Shown: positions 27,601-36,615 of the stretch, one piece after another
Numbering within the stretch: the first letter of the stretch is position 1
Layout: each line of letters opens with the position of its first letter
Origin: Spirochaetia bacterium
Lineage (GTDB): Bacteria > Spirochaetota > Spirochaetia > SZUA-6 > Bin103
NCBI GenBank assembly: GCA_965208575.1
Contig: CBDBOV010000006.1
Span: 288,001-352,000, forward strand
Length of the DNA stretch: 64,000 bases
Direction of reading: 5' to 3'
Notes under the pieces: model-generated
The model's input: only the letters and a program-made list of their open reading frames with translations
What the model was told of the DNA's origin: nothing
Database searches by the model: none
Program-made: the position numbers and the translations under genes

Positions 27601-28848
27601 ATGCAGATCAGGAAGTCCGACAAGCTCGAACACGTATGCTACGACATTCGCGGACCCGTTCTGGCCGCCGCGCGGCGCCTGGAAGATGAAGGGTTCCGGG
27701 TCGCGAAGCTGAACATCGGCGATCCGGCCAAGTGGGGCTTCGAAGCGCCCGAGGAGATCCTGCGCGACGTGGTAATGAACATCGCCGAAGGGCAGGGCTA
27801 CGGCGACTCGCAGGGGCTGTTCTGCGCGCGCAAGGCGATCATGCAGCACTACCAGTCCCTCGGCGTGCCGCGCGTGCAGATCGAAGACGTCTACCTCGGC
27901 AACGGCGTCAGCGAACTGATCACCATGTCCCTGCAGGGGCTGCTCAACGACGGCGACGAGGTGCTGATTCCGGCACCCGACTATCCGCTGTGGACGGCGG
28001 CGGCGAATCTGGCCGGCGGCCGCCCGGTGCACTACCTGTGCGACGAGGAAGCCGACTGGACTCCCGACATCGAAGACATCGCCGCCAAGATCACCTCCCG
28101 CACCAGGGCGATCGTGGTGATCAATCCCAACAACCCAACCGGCGCGGTGTACCCGCGCGACTGCCTGGAGCGGATCGTGGCGCTCGCCCGCGAGCACGAA
28201 CTGGTCCTCTTCGCCGACGAGATCTACGACAAGATCGTCTACGACGGAGTACGGCACACGCCGCTGGCCACGCTCGCCGACGACATTCTCATCGGCACCT
28301 TCAACGGGCTCTCCAAGACCTACCGCATTCCCGGCTTCCGCTCCGGCTGGCTGCTGCTCAGCGGCGCCAGGCACCAGGCGCGCGACTACATCGAGGGCCT
28401 CGGCATCCTGTCGGCGATGCGGCTGTGCGCCAACATGCCGGCGCAACTCGCCATCCAGACTTCGCTCGGCGGCTTTCAGAGCATCAACCAGCTTACCGCC
28501 CCCGGCGGACGCCTGGCGGTGCAGCGCGACACGCTGTACGAGGCGATCAACGCCATTCCCGGCATCTCCTGCACCAGGCCGCAGGGTGCGTTCTACCTGT
28601 TTCCGAAGATCGATACCCGCCGCTTCGGGGTGGTGGACGACGAACGCATGGTCCTGGACCTGCTGGAGCAGGAGAAGGTGCTGATCGTGCAGGGTACCGC
28701 GTTCAACTGGGTCCGGCCCGACCACTTCCGCATGGTGTTTCTGCCGCACGCCGACCAGCTCGCCGACGTGACGGCCAGAATCGGCCATTTCTTCGGCCAC
28801 TACGTGCAGGAGGGCGGCGTGCCGGCATTGGCCGGCCGCAGCGCCTGA
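27601..28848 (+). CDS. alaA: PLP-dependent alanine aminotransferase (AlaA/YfbQ type)
   Basis: KSDKLEHVCYDIRGPV, LNIGDP, GNGVSELI, INPNNPTG, GLSKTYR. Confidence 0.88.
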   Translation: MQIRKSDKLEHVCYDIRGPVLAAARRLEDEGFRVAKLNIGDPAKWGFEAPEEILRDVVMNIAEGQGYGDSQGLFCARKAIMQHYQSLGVPRVQIEDVYLGNGVSELITMSLQGLLNDGDEVLIPAPDYPLWTAAANLAGGRPVHYLCDEEADWTPDIEDIAAKITSRTRAIVVINPNNPTGAVYPRDCLERIVALAREHELVLFADEIYDKIVYDGVRHTPLATLADDILIGTFNGLSKTYRIPGFRSGWLLLSGARHQARDYIEGLGILSAMRLCANMPAQLAIQTSLGGFQSINQLTAPGGRLAVQRDTLYEAINAIPGISCTRPQGAFYLFPKIDTRRFGVVDDERMVLDLLEQEKVLIVQGTAFNWVRPDHFRMVFLPHADQLADVTARIGHFFGHYVQEGGVPALAGRSA

Positions 28849-28880
28849 CCCGCGCCGCCCCATCCGCGCGGCCCTGCGCC

Positions 28881-30350
28881 ATGGCGCCCGCCATCGCCTT
28901 CACCAACCTCGGCTGCCGGCTCAACATCGCCGAGAGCGACGCGCTCGCGGCGCGCTTCGTCGCGGCCGGGTACCGCGTGGTCGAGGACGCCGGCGCCGCC
29001 GACGTGGTGGTGGTCAACACCTGCACCGTTACCGGCCAGGCCGACCGCAAGTCGCGCAATGCCATGTACCGAGCCGTACGCTCAGGCGTACGCTCAGGCG
29101 TACGCTCAGGCGTGCGCCCAGGCGTGCGCGCGGCCGGGCGCACGGGCGCGCCCACGGGAACGCAGCCGCACGCCGCCGCCGCCGGATCGCCCGTCGCCGC
29201 CGACCGGCACGACACGCGGCCCCTGGTGGTTGCGACCGGATGCTACGTGACCGCGCAGGGCGGCGTGGCATGCGACCTGCCCGGCGTCGACTACGCCGTG
29301 GACAACGACCGCAAGAGCGGGATCTTCGACCTGGTGGCCGCGCACCTGGCGGGCGAGGTAGTCGACCCGGCGGCGCTGCCGGCGGACCCGTTCGGCTACC
29401 GGCCCGGCGCGCAGCCGCTGCACACCCGCGCCACCATCAAGATCCAGGACGGCTGCGACAACTTCTGCACCTTCTGCATCATCCCCGCGGTGCGCGGGCG
29501 CGCGCGCAGCCGGCCCGCTCCCGACATTCTCGACGAGGCGCGCCGGCTGCTCGACGAGGGCCACCGCGAGTTGGTGCTCACCGGCGTCAACATCGGCCGC
29601 TACCGGTGGGACGGGTGGAGTTTCAGCCGCCTGCTCGAGCAGATGCTCGACCTCCCCGGCGACTACCGGGTGCGCGTGTCCTCGCTGGAACCCGACCCGC
29701 TCGACGACCGCTTCGTCGACCTGGCCGGCCATGAGCGCCTGTGCCCGCACCTGCACCTGTGCCTGCAGAGCGGCTCCGACCGCATCCTGCTGCGCATGCG
29801 CCGCGAGTACGACGTGGACGCCTACCTCGCCCTGGTCGACCGCATCCGTGCCGCCTGGCGTCGGCGCGGCGTACCGGCCCACTTCACCACCGACGTCATG
29901 GTCGGCTTCCCCGGCGAAACCGATGACGACTTCGCCGGCACCCTGGAGGTGTGCGACGCCGTCGCCTTCGGTCACATTCACACCTTCCGCTACTCGCCGC
30001 GCGCGGGCACCCGCGCCGCGCGCCTGCCCGGCGCGGTGCCGGAACCGGTCAAGGCCGAACGCAGCGCCGCGGTCCGCGCGCTGGCCGCCGCCGGACGGCG
30101 CCGGCTGGCGCAGCGCCTCGCCGGCCACCGCCAGCGCCTCCTCGTCGAACAGGTAGACGGCGCCCTCGCCACCGGCTACGGCGAGTCCTACCTGCGCATC
30201 GAGGCAGCGATATCGACCGGCCCGCGGCCCGAGCCAGGCGAGTGGTACCCGGTCACCGTCAGCGGACCCCTTCCCGATGGCCGCCTCGCCGCCCTTCCCG
30301 GCGACGTGCCTGCACTGCCCTCTGTGGGAGCCTCACCAGCTACCGCGTAG
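28881..30350 (+). CDS. mtaB: tRNA t6A37 methylthiotransferase (radical SAM)
   Basis: LGCRLN, VNTCTVT..ADRKSR, KIQDGCDNFCTFC, HTFRYSPR.GT. Confidence 0.85.
   Translation: MAPAIAFTNLGCRLNIAESDALAARFVAAGYRVVEDAGAADVVVVNTCTVTGQADRKSRNAMYRAVRSGVRSGVRSGVRPGVRAAGRTGAPTGTQPHAAAAGSPVAADRHDTRPLVVATGCYVTAQGGVACDLPGVDYAVDNDRKSGIFDLVAAHLAGEVVDPAALPADPFGYRPGAQPLHTRATIKIQDGCDNFCTFCIIPAVRGRARSRPAPDILDEARRLLDEGHRELVLTGVNIGRYRWDGWSFSRLLEQMLDLPGDYRVRVSSLEPDPLDDRFVDLAGHERLCPHLHLCLQSGSDRILLRMRREYDVDAYLALVDRIRAAWRRRGVPAHFTTDVMVGFPGETDDDFAGTLEVCDAVAFGHIHTFRYSPRAGTRAARLPGAVPEPVKAERSAAVRALAAAGRRRLAQRLAGHRQRLLVEQVDGALATGYGESYLRIEAAISTGPRPEPGEWYPVTVSGPLPDGRLAALPGDVPALPSVGASPATA
29075..29128 (+). repeat. 12-bp VNTR CGTACGCTCAGG x3 plus degenerate copies, in frame within mtaB
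   Basis: Seen directly; encodes VRSG VRSG VRSG VRPG. Confidence 0.9.
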
Positions 30351-30383
30351 GCCGCGCCGCGGATTCCGGCGCTCGCCGCCAGG

Positions 30384-30434
30384 CACCACACCGGACGCGT
30401 CACCACACTGGATACGGCACCACTGCGGATACGG
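30384..30434 (+). repeat. 3 x 17-bp imperfect intergenic tandem repeat (CACCACACTGGATACGG-like)
   Basis: Units at 30384, 30401 and 30418. Confidence 0.75.
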
Positions 30435-30523
30435 CGCGGCACAGAGATCGTCGTCACCGGTGCCGGGGAACCCTCACCGTCGACTGCGCCGCCGTGCGCC
30501 CGCTTGGCCGCCCGCCGCCGACG

Positions 30524-30552
30524 TTGCGGACAGTCGAGGCGGGTGCTACACT
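30524..30552 (+). promoter_or_regulatory. putative extended -10 sigma70 promoter
   Basis: TTGCGG, 17 bp, TACACT with TG at the extended -10 position. Confidence 0.4.
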
Positions 30553-30659
30553 CTCCCTGTCCAAAGGCAGCCAAGCCCGCGAACCTGAGCGCCGCACGCA
30601 TAATGCCGCGAGGTGCGTGGCCGGCTGTCGATTCAGCCCAGTCCGAAAAGGAGATCATC

Positions 30660-32633
30660 ATGCTCTTGATCCGTGCGTTGCTGTCCATGGGTGTGCTGTT
30701 GCTGGCGCCCGCACTGACCGTCATGGCCGCCGGCGCGGCCGACGACGATGCCGGTGCGGCCGAGCCGGCCGCCGACATGTCCATGGGGGCGTACAACGAG
30801 GCGCCGATGCTGGCCGCCATGGTGGCGGACGGCGAATTGCCGCCGGTCGACGAACGCCTGCCGCTGGAACCGCCGGTGGTGTACTTCGCCGCCGGCGACG
30901 AGATCGGCACCTACGGCGGCACGCTTACCGTGTTCCACACCAGCATCAACCCGTGGGCCGACCTCGGCTACGAGACCGAGATCGGCGGCTACGTGATCCG
31001 CGCCAATCCCGACACCAACGAGCTGGAGCCGCTGCTGGTCAAGAGCGCGGAGATGTCCGACGACGCCATGAGTCTTACCCTCTACCTGCGCGAGGGCACG
31101 CGCTGGTCGGACGGCCACCCGATGACCGCGGACGACTACGTGTTCATGTACGAGGACGCGCACTGGAACGACAAGGTCACCACCTGGAACTGGATCCCGC
31201 AGATCAAGCGGGCGATCAAGGTGGACGATCTCACCGTACGGTTCGAGACCGACGAGCCGTACCATGCGCTGCTCGCCAAGCACGCGAGCCCGCCGGGCGG
31301 CGGCTGGCAGGCGTTCCACCCGTTCCACTACCTCAAGAAGTGGCACATCAATCACAACCCGGACGCCGGCGCGCTGGCCAAGGAAGAGGGCTTCGACACC
31401 TGGGACGAGGCATTCAACCACCACTTCTTCTGGGCCCCGCAGCAGGACCTGGAGCAGCCCACCCACCACCCCTGGATCCTCGTCGAACGCACCAACACCG
31501 GCAAGCGCTACGAACGCAACCCCTACTACTGGAAGGTGGATCCGGACGGCAACCAGCTTCCCTACGTGGACCGCATCCAGGCGCAGATCGTCGACAGCGA
31601 GACCTACCACCTCAAGATCATCGCCGGCGAGGCAGACTTCGCCGTGCTCGGCACCCGCTTCGACAACTTCACCCTGTACAAGGAGAACGAGGTCTCCGGC
31701 GAGTACCGGGTGGTGCAGATTGCGGCCCCGGTGGTGGGACACAGCGTGCTGATTCCCAACCAGTTCCACGAGGACGAGTTCACCCGCGGCATGTACCGCG
31801 ACGTGCGTTTCCGGCGCGCCCTGTCGCTGGCCATCAACCGCGACGAGATCAACGAACTGGTGTTCTTCGGCGTCGGCGTGCCGCGCTCGGCCACCATCGT
31901 ATCCACCAGCCCGTGGGTCAAGCCGGAGTGGGAGCAGGCCTGGGCCCAGCACGACCCCGATCAGGCGTCCGCCCTGCTCGACGAGCTCGGCCTGACCGAG
32001 CGCGACGCCGACGGGTTCCGCACCAGGCCCGACGGCGAGGCGTTCCTGCAGATCCTCGAGCACAACAACGAGGCCAACGTGCCGGTTCTGGAGCTGTACA
32101 AGGAGCACTTCGAGGAGGTCGGCCTGAAGACCGAGGTGCGGTTCCGTGGCGACCTGTGGGATCGCCACAATGCCGGCACCGACAACATCCATACCGGCAC
32201 CATCAGTTCGGCCGAGTTCCGGGAATACACCGACGCGGCCAAGGCCACCGAGTACGACTCCCGCTTCTACGCCGTCAAGTGGGGCATCTGGATTCGCGCC
32301 ATGCGCGACCTGGAGAGCGGTGCCAAGACCCTGGACGACTTCGCTGACGGCAAGGTGCCTGGCGAGGAACCGCCCGACCTGGTCAAGGAGCTGGACGAGG
32401 CGGTGCTCGCCTGGGGCAGCAGCGACTACGGGTCGCCGGAGTACGTCGAAGCGTTCCAGAGGGTGTTCGACCTGCACGCCGAGCAGCTGTTCCTGATCGG
32501 TTCGGTAGGCATCACGCCCAACCTCGGCATCTACAAGAACCGAGTCGCCAACTACCCGACCTTCTACAAGCCGGAGGCGGTGTGGCCGGGCGACCTGCTT
32601 ACCTCCGCCGACAAGCTGTTCATCCGTCAGTAG
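30660..32633 (+). CDS. family 5 ABC substrate-binding protein
   Basis: AAGGAG RBS, signal peptide, YNEAPML..GELPPVDERLP, RNPYYWKVD..GNQLPY. Confidence 0.92.
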   Translation: MLLIRALLSMGVLLLAPALTVMAAGAADDDAGAAEPAADMSMGAYNEAPMLAAMVADGELPPVDERLPLEPPVVYFAAGDEIGTYGGTLTVFHTSINPWADLGYETEIGGYVIRANPDTNELEPLLVKSAEMSDDAMSLTLYLREGTRWSDGHPMTADDYVFMYEDAHWNDKVTTWNWIPQIKRAIKVDDLTVRFETDEPYHALLAKHASPPGGGWQAFHPFHYLKKWHINHNPDAGALAKEEGFDTWDEAFNHHFFWAPQQDLEQPTHHPWILVERTNTGKRYERNPYYWKVDPDGNQLPYVDRIQAQIVDSETYHLKIIAGEADFAVLGTRFDNFTLYKENEVSGEYRVVQIAAPVVGHSVLIPNQFHEDEFTRGMYRDVRFRRALSLAINRDEINELVFFGVGVPRSATIVSTSPWVKPEWEQAWAQHDPDQASALLDELGLTERDADGFRTRPDGEAFLQILEHNNEANVPVLELYKEHFEEVGLKTEVRFRGDLWDRHNAGTDNIHTGTISSAEFREYTDAAKATEYDSRFYAVKWGIWIRAMRDLESGAKTLDDFADGKVPGEEPPDLVKELDEAVLAWGSSDYGSPEYVEAFQRVFDLHAEQLFLIGSVGITPNLGIYKNRVANYPTFYKPEAVWPGDLLTSADKLFIRQ

Positions 32634-32684
32634 GCAGGAGCCCCGCGTCGCCCGGCGCCGGCACGTAACGCAGCCCACGGCGCC

Positions 32685-33683
32685 ATGCTGAGCTACATCG
32701 CCAGGAGGATCCTGTACATGGTGATCCTCCTGGCGGCGCTCTCCTTCTTCAGCTTCGTGCTGATCGAATTGCCGCCCGGCAACTTCGTCGACAACCTGAT
32801 TCAGCAACTGCGCAACCTCGGCGTGCAGGTCGACCTGGAGGAGATCAGGAGCCTGGAGGAACGCTACGGGCTCAACCTGCCGTTTCTCGGCCGGTACGGC
32901 CTGTGGATGAGCAACCTGCTGCGCGGTGACATGGGCGACTCGCTGGCCTACAACCAGCCGGTAACGCAACTGATCGGCCAGCGGCTGTTGCTCACGGTGC
33001 TGATCACGATGCTCACGCTGGTGCTCACCTACGCGATCGCGATCCCGATCGGCATCTACTCCGCCACCCATCAATACTCGTTTACCGACTATGCCTTCAC
33101 CGTGTTCGGCTTCATCGGCCTGGCGACGCCCAACTTCCTGCTCGCACTGATCCTGATGTTCGTGTTCTTCAAGTACTTCGGCTGGAGCGTCGGCGGCCTG
33201 TTCTCGCCGGAGTTCGAGTTCCAGCCGTGGAACATCGCCAAGGTTGTCGACTTCCTCAAGCACCTGCCGATTCCGCTGGTGGTGATCGGTACCGCCGGCA
33301 CCGCCGGCCTGATCCGGGTGATGCGCGCGGCGCTGCTCGACGAACTGCGCAAGCAGTACGTGCTGACCGGCCGCGCCAAGGGGCTGGAAGAAGGTCGGCT
33401 GCTGTTCAAGTACCCGTTGCGCATCGCCATCAACCCGATGGTCAGCACCATCGGCGGGGTGCTGCCCACCCTCGTGTCGGGCGAAGCGCTGACCGCCATC
33501 GTCGTGGGGCTGCCCACGGTCGGGCCGCTGCTGCTGGAGGCGTTGCAAGCGGAGGACATGTACCTGGCCGGCAGCCTGATAATGGTGGTCAGCGCGCTCG
33601 GCGTGATCGGGGTCCTGATCTCCGACCTGCTGCTGGTGGTGGTCGACCCGCGCATCCGGTTCGAGCGCGAGGCGGTGGCATGA
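32685..33683 (+). CDS. peptide/nickel-family ABC permease
   Basis: YIARRIL, ELPPG, LDELRKQYV..RAKGL, DPRIRF. Confidence 0.92.
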   Translation: MLSYIARRILYMVILLAALSFFSFVLIELPPGNFVDNLIQQLRNLGVQVDLEEIRSLEERYGLNLPFLGRYGLWMSNLLRGDMGDSLAYNQPVTQLIGQRLLLTVLITMLTLVLTYAIAIPIGIYSATHQYSFTDYAFTVFGFIGLATPNFLLALILMFVFFKYFGWSVGGLFSPEFEFQPWNIAKVVDFLKHLPIPLVVIGTAGTAGLIRVMRAALLDELRKQYVLTGRAKGLEEGRLLFKYPLRIAINPMVSTIGGVLPTLVSGEALTAIVVGLPTVGPLLLEALQAEDMYLAGSLIMVVSALGVIGVLISDLLLVVVDPRIRFEREAVA

Positions 33684-34828
33684 GTTCCCAGTCCACGCGT
33701 TTCCGTGCCGCGCGGCAACGCGACCGACGCGCGCGCGACCAGGAGCGCTACTGGGCCGCCTCGAGCTGGACGTTGATGCGGCGCAGGTTCTTCCGCCACA
33801 AGCTCGCGATGATCGGCGGCAGCGTGCTGCTGTTGTTCTACGTGGTCGGCTCGCTGTTCGCCGGCTTCTTCGCCACCCACGACACGCTGACCCGGTTCCC
33901 GGACTTCGCACTGGCCTCCCCGCAACGCATCCGGCTGTTGCACGACGGCCGGCTGCAGCGCCCGTTCGTCTACGGGCTGGAGACCTCGCGCGACCCGGAG
34001 ACCTACCGCAAGACCTACGTGGAGGATGGCCGCACCACCTATCCGATCCGCTTCCTGGTGCGCGGCGACCCGTACCGGCTGCTCGGGCTGTTTCGGGCCG
34101 ACCTGCGTTTCGTCGGCGTGGAGGCCCCCGGCACGCTGTTCCTGTTCGGCACCGACCGGCTCGGCCGCGACATGTTCTCGCGCACCTTGGCCGGGGCGCG
34201 CGTGTCACTGACCATCGGCCTGCTGGGGGTGGCGATCAGCTTCGTGATCGGCTGCCTGCTCGGCGGCCTGTCCGGCTACTTCGGCGGCCCGCTCGACACG
34301 CTGATCCAGCGGTTGATCGAGTTTCTCAGCGCGCTGCCCACGCTGCCGGTGTGGATGGCGCTGGCCACGGCGGTGCCCGCCGAGTGGGACCCGATCGCCA
34401 CCTACTTCATGATCACCATCATCCTGTCGATCGTCGGCTGGACCGGCCTGGCGCGCGTGGTGCGCGGCAAGCTGCTGCAACTGCGCGTGGAAGACTACGT
34501 GCTGGCCGCCAGGATCGCCGGCGCCACCGAGATGAACACCATCGTGCGCCACCTGCTGCCCGGTTTCATGAGCTTCCTGATCGTGCACCTCACCCTGGCC
34601 ATACCGGGCATGATCCTCGGCGAGACCGCGCTCAGCTTCCTCGGCATCGGCCTGCGCGCTCCGGTGGTGAGCTGGGGCGTGCTGCTGCAGCAGGCGCAGA
34701 ACATCCGCAGCGTGTCGCTGACCCCGTGGCTGCTGATCCCGGCGCTGTTCGTGATCGTGACCGTGCTGTGCTTCAACTTCGTCGGCGACGGCCTGCGCGA
34801 CGCCGGCGACCCCACCGCCGACCGCTGA
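33680..34828 (+). CDS. peptide/nickel-family ABC permease
   Basis: FGTDRLGRDMFSR, ETALSFLG, GDGLRDA.DP. Confidence 0.92.
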   Translation: MSSQSTRFRAARQRDRRARDQERYWAASSWTLMRRRFFRHKLAMIGGSVLLLFYVVGSLFAGFFATHDTLTRFPDFALASPQRIRLLHDGRLQRPFVYGLETSRDPETYRKTYVEDGRTTYPIRFLVRGDPYRLLGLFRADLRFVGVEAPGTLFLFGTDRLGRDMFSRTLAGARVSLTIGLLGVAISFVIGCLLGGLSGYFGGPLDTLIQRLIEFLSALPTLPVWMALATAVPAEWDPIATYFMITIILSIVGWTGLARVVRGKLLQLRVEDYVLAARIAGATEMNTIVRHLLPGFMSFLIVHLTLAIPGMILGETALSFLGIGLRAPVVSWGVLLQQAQNIRSVSLTPWLLIPALFVIVTVLCFNFVGDGLRDAGDPTADR

Positions 34829-34839
34829 CCCGCCGCCTA

Positions 34840-35985
34840 TTATCGGCGGCGGAGGTTGTCGCGGTTCAGGTAGTCGGGCAGCCCGTCGCCGTCACTGTCG
34901 CCGGTGGTGGCGTCGCGGTTCAGGTAGTCGGGCAAGCCGTCGCCGTCGCCGTCGGTGTCGATGCGCCGGTAGTTGCGCTCGCCCTCGGCTCGCGGCTGAT
35001 CGGCTCGGGTGTCCGAGCCGGCGGGCTCGCCGAGCAGGCCGTGAAAGCGGCGCAGGACCATGCCGCGCACGATCTCGCCGTGGTCGGTGATCATCTCGGC
35101 GAGCGAGAACTTCGGCTTCACCGAGGTGATGCGGGCGACGCCGGCGGTGGTCTCCAGGCGGCCCAGGTCCTCGCCGGTGTCGGGATCCACAACCGCCGCG
35201 CCGAGCGCGAACACCTCGAACAGGTCGTCCTCGCGCACCGTGTTGCCGCCGCGGTTCACCACGAAGCTGCCCCAGCCGGTCACCTGCGCCACCTTCGCCG
35301 GGAAGATGCTGTCCGCCACCTCGTCCGCGACGTGCAGCGCGAGCCGGTCGAGCAGCATCTCGGCCGCCTGCTCGGTGCGCAGATCCTCGTCCACGGCGTA
35401 CTGCAGCTCCAGTGACGACGCCCACCCGATCTCGCGCGTCGCCACGGTGAGCAGCGAGTAGCGCAGCCGCGCCGTGGCCGTGACCTCGACTCTGGTCTCG
35501 CCGGTCAGGACGATCGTCTTGCGCTCCTCGGTCACCTCGATGCGGTCCACCGTGCCGTACAGCAGGTAGTCGGCGCCGAGCACCTTGCCGAGGCGCGCCG
35601 CCTCGTTCGGATCGACATCGTCCGAAGCGAGCAGGTTCTTCTCCTGCTCGTAGATCTCTCCGGCGCGCCGATCGAGCACCGCGAAGCGCCGCCCGTGGAT
35701 CAGCAGCTCCTCGATGCGGGCGCGAAACCGCTCCTGCAGGTTGCGGATCAGGTCGTAGTCCACGTCCACGCCGCGCTTCACCACGCGCCCGCCGCTTCTC
35801 TGCTCCCTGCCGCCGCCGGTACCGTACAGGTGCACCTCGTCGAGCGCGAAGTCGAGCACCGCCAGCCGGGTCCGCTCGCCCGCCGCGCCCGTGTCCTGGG
35901 CATGCACGAGACCCGCCACCACGGACCAACACAACGCAACCGCGGCGATGCGCAGCGCGCGGCTCACTTTTTGCGTCCGCATCAC
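34840..35985 (-). CDS. CsgG/HfaB-like exported protein with C-terminal DxDGDG repeats
   Basis: Signal peptide; RLAVLDF, RFAVLDR, LGKVLGADYLLYG; C-terminal beta domain (VDPDTGEDLG); two DGDGLPDYLNRD repeats. Confidence 0.75.
   Translation of the reverse strand: MMRTQKVSRALRIAAVALCWSVVAGLVHAQDTGAAGERTRLAVLDFALDEVHLYGTGGGREQRSGGRVVKRGVDVDYDLIRNLQERFRARIEELLIHGRRFAVLDRRAGEIYEQEKNLLASDDVDPNEAARLGKVLGADYLLYGTVDRIEVTEERKTIVLTGETRVEVTATARLRYSLLTVATREIGWASSLELQYAVDEDLRTEQAAEMLLDRLALHVADEVADSIFPAKVAQVTGWGSFVVNRGGNTVREDDLFEVFALGAAVVDPDTGEDLGRLETTAGVARITSVKPKFSLAEMITDHGEIVRGMVLRRFHGLLGEPAGSDTRADQPRAEGERNYRRIDTDGDGDGLPDYLNRDATTGDSDGDGLPDYLNRDNLRRR
34858..34947 (-). repeat. 36-bp direct repeat with 54-bp period encoding DGDGLPDYLNRD
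   Basis: Copies at 34858-34893 and 34912-34947. Confidence 0.85.
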
Positions 35986-35986
35986 G

Positions 35987-36610
35987 TCACTCCCACGAGA
36001 ACCGCTGGTTGTCGCCGATCTTGGCGATCACCTCTTCGAACTCCCAGTAGGCGAGTCCGGTGTCGATGTTGGTGATGGTGAGTTGGAAGTAGTAGTCCAC
36101 CTGCTGCTTGTCGCCCACCCGGTTGGTGCGCCCGATGATCTTGCCGGACAGGCTCAACTCGGGCGCCACCATGGTACCGTCCTTGGCCACCGTCTCCTGG
36201 TCGAACAACTTGGAGTCCTGCAACTCGCGCGTCTTGGCGGCGAGCGGATCCTCCGGCCCTTCGAGCCCCACCGCGGTGGTCACGATCACCCGGCCGCTGT
36301 CGAGCAGGTCGACGCGGATCTTCTTGACGAGCTGATCGGTGTCGATGTTGAGCGCGGTGTCGTTGACCATGCGGCTGATCGCCATCACCCACGGTGCAGT
36401 GCTGCCCGGCTTGCGCGACAGCGGGCTCGACAGGAACGAGTCCACCGCCTGCTCGGCGGTATACTCGAAGTCGCGGTAGTCGAGGCCGAGCACGGTTTCA
36501 CCGCGCGGGTCGGGGCGGTCGGTGCCCGGTCCGGTCAGGTATTGCGGGCCGGTGGCGCAGCCGGCCAATACGGCGGCGGCGACGGCGAGCGCGAACAGAT
36601 GGATCTTCAT
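35987..36610 (-). CDS. LpoB-like lipoprotein (penicillin-binding protein activator family)
   Basis: Lipobox LAGC; GLDYRDF, IDTDQLVKKIR, LSGKI, YYFQLTITNIDTGLAYW. Confidence 0.8.
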   Translation of the reverse strand: MKIHLFALAVAAAVLAGCATGPQYLTGPGTDRPDPRGETVLGLDYRDFEYTAEQAVDSFLSSPLSRKPGSTAPWVMAISRMVNDTALNIDTDQLVKKIRVDLLDSGRVIVTTAVGLEGPEDPLAAKTRELQDSKLFDQETVAKDGTMVAPELSLSGKIIGRTNRVGDKQQVDYYFQLTITNIDTGLAYWEFEEVIAKIGDNQRFSWE

Positions 36611-36615
36611 GACAT

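Noticed and set aside
20248-30434. Short repeat arrays (20248, 29075, 30384) as CRISPR
   Set aside because: Units are directly adjacent with no unique spacers, and there are no cas genes in the window.
30633-34208. 1191-aa antisense ORF
   Set aside because: Shadow frame of the ABC operon; stop-poor antisense frames are expected with GC-rich codon bias.
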